Assembly (NCBI GenBank): GCA_902528485.1
Contig: CABZTA010000003.1
Location: forward strand, 1-53,432
Source of the DNA: an uncultured SAR86 cluster bacterium
Lineage (GTDB): Bacteria > Pseudomonadota > Gammaproteobacteria > Magnimaribacterales > AG-339-G14
Length of the DNA stretch: 53,432 nt
Direction: 5' to 3'
Notes under the pieces: model-generated
What the model saw: only the letters and a program-made list of their open reading frames with translations
Databases searched by the model: none
Told to the model about the DNA's origin: nothing
Shown here: positions 48,684 through 53,432 of the stretch, piece by piece
Position numbering within the stretch: the first letter of the stretch is position 1
How the letters are laid out: each line of letters opens with the position of its first letter
Translations under genes and position numbers: made by a program

Positions 48684-49843
48684 ATCATTTACTGAGTAAA
48701 ATTGGATCATATCCTTTTGAAAAACTTAATGTTCTTCTTAAGGACATAAAGCCATCAAAAGAAGTAATCAATCTGTCCATTGGTGAGCCAAAATTAAATG
48801 CTGACTCAAAAGTCCTTCATATTTTGAATCAGGAAACTAAATCTTTTTCCAACTATCCGCCTATGAATGCAATTCCTGAATTATCAGAGGCATATCGAGA
48901 ATATTTAAAAAATCATTTCGGGATAAAGAATGTTTCTGAAGATGAAGTTTGTCTCGTAGCTGGCACTAGAGAAGGAACATTCTCAATCATTCAGTCTCTC
49001 TTTAATAAAGAAAATATTAAAGATAAACCCTTTGTTGTTATGCCCAATCCTTTCTATCAAATTTACGGTGGAGCGACTACTCTAGCAGGAGGAGAAGCAA
49101 AGTTTCTGGATTGTCCTGAAAAAGATAATTTTCAGCCTGATTTAGATTCTCTCAAAAGTGAGGATTGGCAGAAGTGTCAAATTTTAGTTCTCTGTTCTCC
49201 AAACAATCCAACTGGGTCCGTCTTGCCTCTTAATAAACTTAAGGAAATTTTAGATTTAGCTGAAAAGTATGATTTTTATGTTGTCTCTGATGAGTGTTAT
49301 GTAGATTTATATACCTCGGAGAAATCCTGTCCAAGCATCCTTCAAGCCTCATCAAATAGATCAGATAGATTGGTCGCTCTTCATAGCTTATCAAAGAGAT
49401 CAAACTTACCTGGCTTTAGGTCGGGTTTTGCTTGCTCTGGTAAAAAAACCATTTCTGCCTATAAGAAGTTTAGGTCTTTTCACGGGGTCAGCGTTCCTTT
49501 GCCAATTCAAAAAGCAAGTGTAGAAGCTTGGCTGAATTATGATTTTGTCTCTGAAAATAGAAAGTCTTACAAAGATAAATTTAGTCTGGCGGCAGATACC
49601 TTTGAAGATAAGGTAAGAAATGTAATTCCTGAAGGTGCTTTTTATCTTTGGTTGGATGTTAATGACGGAGAATCATTTTCAAAAATTATTCTTGAGAAAG
49701 AAGGCTTAATTGTTCTGCCTGGAAGTTATTTATCAGCCGAGGTCAATGGTTTCAATCCTGGAGAAAAATACGTAAGAATTGCTTTAGTGTATGATTTTGA
49801 AACTACTAAAGAGGCATTGAAAAGAATCAATAATCTTTTATAA
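48680..49843 (+). CDS. dapC: succinyldiaminopimelate transaminase (class I aminotransferase)
   Basis: N-terminus GSYPFEKLN....LSIGEPK resembles Pseudomonas DapC as I remember it. PLP lysine context is SLSKRSNLPGFRSG. ATGA overlap with map, and dapD follows. Confidence 0.8.
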   Translation: MNHLLSKIGSYPFEKLNVLLKDIKPSKEVINLSIGEPKLNADSKVLHILNQETKSFSNYPPMNAIPELSEAYREYLKNHFGIKNVSEDEVCLVAGTREGTFSIIQSLFNKENIKDKPFVVMPNPFYQIYGGATTLAGGEAKFLDCPEKDNFQPDLDSLKSEDWQKCQILVLCSPNNPTGSVLPLNKLKEILDLAEKYDFYVVSDECYVDLYTSEKSCPSILQASSNRSDRLVALHSLSKRSNLPGFRSGFACSGKKTISAYKKFRSFHGVSVPLPIQKASVEAWLNYDFVSENRKSYKDKFSLAADTFEDKVRNVIPEGAFYLWLDVNDGESFSKIILEKEGLIVLPGSYLSAEVNGFNPGEKYVRIALVYDFETTKEALKRINNLL

Positions 49844-49846
49844 AAA

Positions 49847-50734
49847 ATGACGAATCAAAAATGGATTGGTTTTGGTAAAGGAACCAAAAATAAAAAGGGT
49901 GAGTACATTGAAATGTATTTTTCACCTGATGATATATCAACAAATTCTGCAGAAATTAAAGAAGGACATGAAAAAGTAGAAGTATCTGATGATATGCCCC
50001 CCTCTTCAGTCCCGGAAGCTTATCTGAAGTTACATCTTCTTTCTCTTCGCTTGGTAAAGCCCAACGAAACTAATTTGGACGGTATCTTTGGCATATTACA
50101 TACCGTGGCATGGACTTCAGCTGGCCCAATAGATTCAAATGAATTAAAAGAATTTCTAAAAGAAAAAAGAAATGAAGGGAAATATGTAAAAGTTTATTCG
50201 GTTGATAAATTTCCGTGCTTAACAGATTACGTTGCATTGAATGATGTGAGGATTGCAGATGCTAGTAGAGTCAGATTAGGAGCTCATCTTGGACCTGGAA
50301 CAACAGTCATGCATGAAGGTTCGGTCAATTTCAATGGAGGAACCTTAGGTGAGGCAATGGTTGAAGGCAGAATTGCTCAAGGGGTTATCGTTGGAGATAA
50401 ATCAGATATTGGCGGAGGTGCCTCTACTCTTGGAACTCTATCTGGGGGCAACGAAGTAATCATATCCATTGGAGAAAGTTGTTTACTGGGTGCAAATTCA
50501 GGCTTAGGCATCCCTCTTGGGGATCGATGCACGATTGAATCAGGCCTTTACGTGACTGGTTCATCAAAAGTACAAGTAATAGAAAACGGAAAAGTAAAAG
50601 AGACTGTTAAAGCAATGGAATTGGCAAATAAATCCGATCTCTTGTTCATAAGAAACTCAATCACTGGCTCTATTGAATGTCGAGATAACCGAAACGTAAA
50701 CGAATTAAACGAAGACCTGCACGATAATAATTAA
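49847..50734 (+). CDS. dapD: 2,3,4,5-tetrahydropyridine-2,6-dicarboxylate N-succinyltransferase (Pseudomonas-type long form, N-terminal domain shortened)
   Basis: Blocks PEAYLKLHLLS.RLVKP, VRIADASRVRLGAHLGPGTTVMHEG, hexapeptide repeats and LLFIRNS match P. aeruginosa DapD from memory. About 50 aa appear to be missing near the N-terminus. Confidence 0.88.
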   Translation: MTNQKWIGFGKGTKNKKGEYIEMYFSPDDISTNSAEIKEGHEKVEVSDDMPPSSVPEAYLKLHLLSLRLVKPNETNLDGIFGILHTVAWTSAGPIDSNELKEFLKEKRNEGKYVKVYSVDKFPCLTDYVALNDVRIADASRVRLGAHLGPGTTVMHEGSVNFNGGTLGEAMVEGRIAQGVIVGDKSDIGGGASTLGTLSGGNEVIISIGESCLLGANSGLGIPLGDRCTIESGLYVTGSSKVQVIENGKVKETVKAMELANKSDLLFIRNSITGSIECRDNRNVNELNEDLHDNN

Positions 50735-50895
50735 TGGTAATCAATCTTCTTCTTACTTGGCTGGCTCTTTATATAATTGCATACGCCACAACTTTTATTT
50801 TCAAGGGAATTGATCCAAAGAAAAGGTGGTGGCTTTCTTTGCAATTAAGCTTCTTAGGGTTTCTAGTTTCAGTAATTTGGTATAACTTTTTTTAA
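50734..50895 (+). CDS. small predicted membrane protein (53 aa, two hydrophobic helices)
   Basis: Not in the ORF track because it falls below the 60-aa cutoff. The ATG overlaps the dapD stop (TAATG). Translation: MVINLLLTWLALYIIAYATTFIFKGIDPKKRWWLSLQLSFLGFLVSVIWYNFF. The two hydrophobic stretches are joined by a basic loop. Confidence 0.45.
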   Translation: MVINLLLTWLALYIIAYATTFIFKGIDPKKRWWLSLQLSFLGFLVSVIWYNFF

Positions 50896-50899
50896 AGTT

Positions 50900-51763
50900 T
50901 TACTCAGAATAACTAATACTCACGACATTAGAACCTTTACTGGTTCCGTATTCGTTAACAGCATAAACACGATACCAACGAGTGGTACCAGACGTAATGG
51001 TATCAGTGTAAGAATTCGTCGTAGCCGTTACTAACTCAGTATACGTGCCATCGGCTGCATCTTTAGACTGAATCTTATATGAACTAGCAGCTCCTTCAGA
51101 TTGTTTTACTGGAGTTGACCCGTCAACAAGAAAAGTTTCTGCAGCAACTACTGCATCCCACGAAAGCGATATGGTTCCTGAAGAATTTGTTGCAGAGAGA
51201 TTTACAGGAGGTTCGGGTGGAAGATTTTTTTTATCTAATCTTATGGTTACAAAAGATTGAGAAGCCCCAGCATATTCTGATAATAAAATTCTAGTTGGAC
51301 TTATTTTTTGAACAGCCCATGCATAGTTTGCTCCATCAGAACTCATTAAAAGCCTTCCATCCATCATTGCAAAATTTAAATTACAACTTGAATCACCTTC
51401 GCCAGTAATAAATGCACAATAGTTAAGGGTTTGAAGAGAAAATGTTCCATCACCGTCATCAGTAAAAGTTACCTCGTCCAATCTTTGTTTGTATATTGAA
51501 TCAACAGAAGATTCATAACCAGAAGGAGCACAAGTATTTCCATTACCAAGACATCCATTTGCAGTTGTTGTTTGAACTAGAGACCAAGCCCCAATTAAAT
51601 CAGCTGATTTTGGAGTAATTAGAGATAACTCAATCCTTTCCATTATGTCGTTAAAGACTTCGGCAGAAATAACATCACCTTCGTTTAGACGTTGTAACGA
51701 TTTATAGTCCTTTGCCATTAATCCAATGGAAAAAAGTAGGCAAAATATAGTTAGTAATCTCAT
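50900..51763 (-). CDS. secreted protein: N-terminal Cys-containing beta-rich (lipocalin-like?) domain plus C-terminal fibronectin type III domain
   Basis: Signal peptide MRLLTIFCLLFSIGLMA. The C-terminal ~90 aa show an FN3 pattern (PPEPPVNLSA....ISLSWD....Y.....TRWYRVYAVNEYG.S). The N-terminal domain is not recognised. Confidence 0.6.
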   Translation of the reverse strand: MRLLTIFCLLFSIGLMAKDYKSLQRLNEGDVISAEVFNDIMERIELSLITPKSADLIGAWSLVQTTTANGCLGNGNTCAPSGYESSVDSIYKQRLDEVTFTDDGDGTFSLQTLNYCAFITGEGDSSCNLNFAMMDGRLLMSSDGANYAWAVQKISPTRILLSEYAGASQSFVTIRLDKKNLPPEPPVNLSATNSSGTISLSWDAVVAAETFLVDGSTPVKQSEGAASSYKIQSKDAADGTYTELVTATTNSYTDTITSGTTRWYRVYAVNEYGTSKGSNVVSISYSE

Positions 51764-51772
51764 GGTTATCTG

Positions 51773-52024
51773 CTATTCAAATTTAGCTTCACCGAATTTA
51801 ACCTCACCAAAATTAGCTTTTATCACTTCTTCGGTTTCAATTTCAGTTTGTGATTGTATATTAGTTTGAGTATTGGTCTGTGTATTGGTCTGTGTATTGG
51901 TCTGTGTATTAGTTGATGTGTCGTTTTGTTGGATAGGTTCAGATGAACTTGAACCACCACCGCCGCCGCAAGAAATAAAAAAAAATGATATTGAAATGAT
52001 CCAAATTTTATAAATCTGTCTCAT
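51773..52024 (-). CDS. small lipoprotein with a Gly/Ser linker, (TNTQ)n tandem repeat and FGE(V/A)KF C-terminal duplication
   Basis: Signal peptide plus lipobox FISC, followed by GGGGGSSSS. 83 aa. 17-nt overlap with the upstream POT gene, and 9 nt upstream of the FN3 gene. Confidence 0.55.
   Translation of the reverse strand: MRQIYKIWIISISFFFISCGGGGGSSSSEPIQQNDTSTNTQTNTQTNTQTNTQTNIQSQTEIETEEVIKANFGEVKFGEAKFE
51859..51918 (-). repeat. 12-nt in-frame tandem repeat (coding sense CAGACCAATACA = QTNT): 3 perfect copies flanked by 2 degenerate copies
   Basis: On the plus strand tattggtctgtg occurs three times at 51871-51906. Degenerate units lie at 51859-51870 and 51907-51918. Confidence 0.9.
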
Positions 52025-53432
52025 TTTCTACTTTTCCTTTAATGAAGAAAGATAAAACAATTAAAACCACTGCTAAAATCAGGTAGTAATAGACTAGCTC
52101 TGAAAATATAGGCGTCATGCTATCTAATCCAGTTGATGTTGCCTCGCCGCCAAACAATCCTGCCAAGACTCCTCCCAAGGAAGAAGCAAGAAACCATAAT
52201 CCCATCATTTGGCCTAAGTATCTCTTAGGAGAGTATTTGGAAAAAGCTGATAACCCTACTGGAGATAAAGCTAACTCTCCAAAGGTATGAAGTAAATAAG
52301 TTAACAGTAACCACTGAACACCTACCGGGGATGAAACTAAAGCATACTCAACTGCAAAAAGCATGATAATGAAACCCAGCGCCATGAAGATTAGACCTAT
52401 AGCGAATTTAACAGGTGTATTTGGATTGAGATTCCTTTTTCCTAAGAAGACCCAAATATAAGCAAAAAATGGGGCGAACATCACCACGAACAGTGGATTA
52501 GCAAATTGAGTCCAGCTTATAGGTGCAGTAAATGATCCAAAAGTTAGATCAACGAAGTCTCTAGTAAAAATAGTCAAGGATCCGGCCGATTGATCAAATC
52601 CAGACCAAAAAGCCGCAGCACCTATGAACAATAACAGAAGCATCAAAACATTTCTTTTTTCTGCTGAGTTAAGTCCAGCAAACAAGAAAAGGTAGGCAAA
52701 ATAAATCATTGATAGGATGACAAGGAAATCTCTAAATCTTTCGGCGAAAAACACTGCATCAACCGACCACCACCCTAAAAGGCCTGAGAGAACAATTAAA
52801 GAAACCAACACAATAATCCCTAAAGAAATATTTCTAAGTCTAATTTTATACTCGTCAGGATTTGGATTTGGATTCAAGCCAGCTTCTCCCAATTGACCTC
52901 TAAAATATATGAATTGGATTACACCTAGAAGCATTCCAAATCCAGCTGCACCAAATCCCCAATGCCATCCTACTTTTTCCCCTAACCATCCGCAGACAGC
53001 AAAACCAAGCATACTTCCGATGTTGATAGACATATAGAAAATCGTAAAACCTGAATCTCGTCTATCGTCGTTAGTAGAGTAAAGTTGGCCTACAATCGAT
53101 GATATGTTGGGTTTGAGTAAACCTGTTCCAGCAGCAACTAGAATTAGTCCTAGAATAAATGTTTGCTCTAGAGGAATCGCTAAGGTGAAGTGCCCAAGCA
53201 TTATGATTAAAGCTCCAAATAAAACCGCTCTTTGATAGCCCAAAAGGTTATCTGCTAACCAGCCGCCTGGGAGAGCTAGGAAATAGACCATACCTGCATA
53301 GATTCCGTAAATCGCGTTAGCTTCTGCATTGGACCAATCTAAACCAGGATTGCCAGTTACCCCTACGGTCATGTAGAGAACTAATAAGCCTCGCATCCCG
53401 TAATAAGACATTCTTTCCCAAAGTTCTGTGAA
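52008..53432 (-). CDS. proton-dependent oligopeptide transporter (POT/PTR2 family di-/tripeptide permease), N-terminus cut by window edge
   Basis: The frame stays open upstream of the track's Met to the window edge and reads FTELWERMSYYG, the POT ExxERFxYYG signature. The protein is a polytopic MFS-type transporter. Confidence 0.9.
   Translation of the reverse strand, partial: FTELWERMSYYGMRGLLVLYMTVGVTGNPGLDWSNAEANAIYGIYAGMVYFLALPGGWLADNLLGYQRAVLFGALIIMLGHFTLAIPLEQTFILGLILVAAGTGLLKPNISSIVGQLYSTNDDRRDSGFTIFYMSINIGSMLGFAVCGWLGEKVGWHWGFGAAGFGMLLGVIQFIYFRGQLGEAGLNPNPNPDEYKIRLRNISLGIIVLVSLIVLSGLLGWWSVDAVFFAERFRDFLVILSMIYFAYLFLFAGLNSAEKRNVLMLLLLFIGAAAFWSGFDQSAGSLTIFTRDFVDLTFGSFTAPISWTQFANPLFVVMFAPFFAYIWVFLGKRNLNPNTPVKFAIGLIFMALGFIIMLFAVEYALVSSPVGVQWLLLTYLLHTFGELALSPVGLSAFSKYSPKRYLGQMMGLWFLASSLGGVLAGLFGGEATSTGLDSMTPIFSELVYYYLILAVVLIVLSFFIKGKVENETDL

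Noticed and set aside
51859-51918. Tandem repeats considered as a CRISPR array or phase-variation switch
   Set aside because: The units are 12 nt, contiguous, without spacers, and in frame inside a CDS. They are neither CRISPR nor an on/off frameshift tract.
51977-51985. A9 (coding-strand T9) homopolymer in the lipoprotein signal-peptide region, considered as a slipped-strand phase-variation tract
   Set aside because: Runs of 8-9 A/T are frequent throughout this AT-rich window (for example 47791-47799 and 34972-34980). It simply encodes FFF in a hydrophobic signal peptide.

Overview
This is an AT-rich, very gene-dense chromosomal segment. By my own tally only about 0.6 kb of the 53.4 kb lies outside a gene call. 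I call 57 CDS (two cut by the window edges) and 4 tRNAs.

Gene content and order match core gammaproteobacterial blocks as I remember them from Pseudomonas and E. coli:
- rplM-rpsI-petABC-sspA
- hisD-hisG-murA-mlaC, divergent from kdsD-lptC-lptB
- mgtE
- mreBCD, divergent from gatCAB
- prfA-prmC-moeB, divergent from lolB-ispE-tRNAGln-prs-rplY-pth-ychF-tRNAMet
- an 18.6 kb single-strand run: carAB-greA-rlmE-ftsH-folP-glmM-tpiA-secG-tRNALeu-tRNAfMet-rimP-nusA-infB-rbfA-truB-rpsO-pnp
- map-dapC-dapD

This pattern fits a streamlined marine gammaproteobacterium of the SAR86 type, but that is inference only. Several genes that usually sit inside these blocks are missing at clean junctions: sspB, kdsC/lptA, rpoN-hpf-ptsN, hemA, murI and glnD.

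I see no rRNA, CRISPR array, IS element, integrase, prophage, toxin-antitoxin pair or recognisable defence gene, so I cannot honestly claim a clear novel system. The best candidates for undescribed biology are:
1. A cytoplasmic, compact GH84 O-GlcNAcase-like gene tightly coupled to moeB. It heads a three-gene insert (GH84-like, acyl-CoA synthetase, MaoC dehydratase) at 18.5-21.7 kb.
2. A terminal operon at 50.9-53.4 kb: POT peptide transporter, TNTQ-repeat lipoprotein, secreted FN3-domain protein.
3. A PDZ-less DegS homologue.
4. A single OstA-fold gene where lptC and lptA normally sit.
5. A terminator-plus-U9 attenuator-like leader with an 8-codon mini-ORF directly upstream of carA.

All homology statements come from motif recognition by eye, not from database searches.
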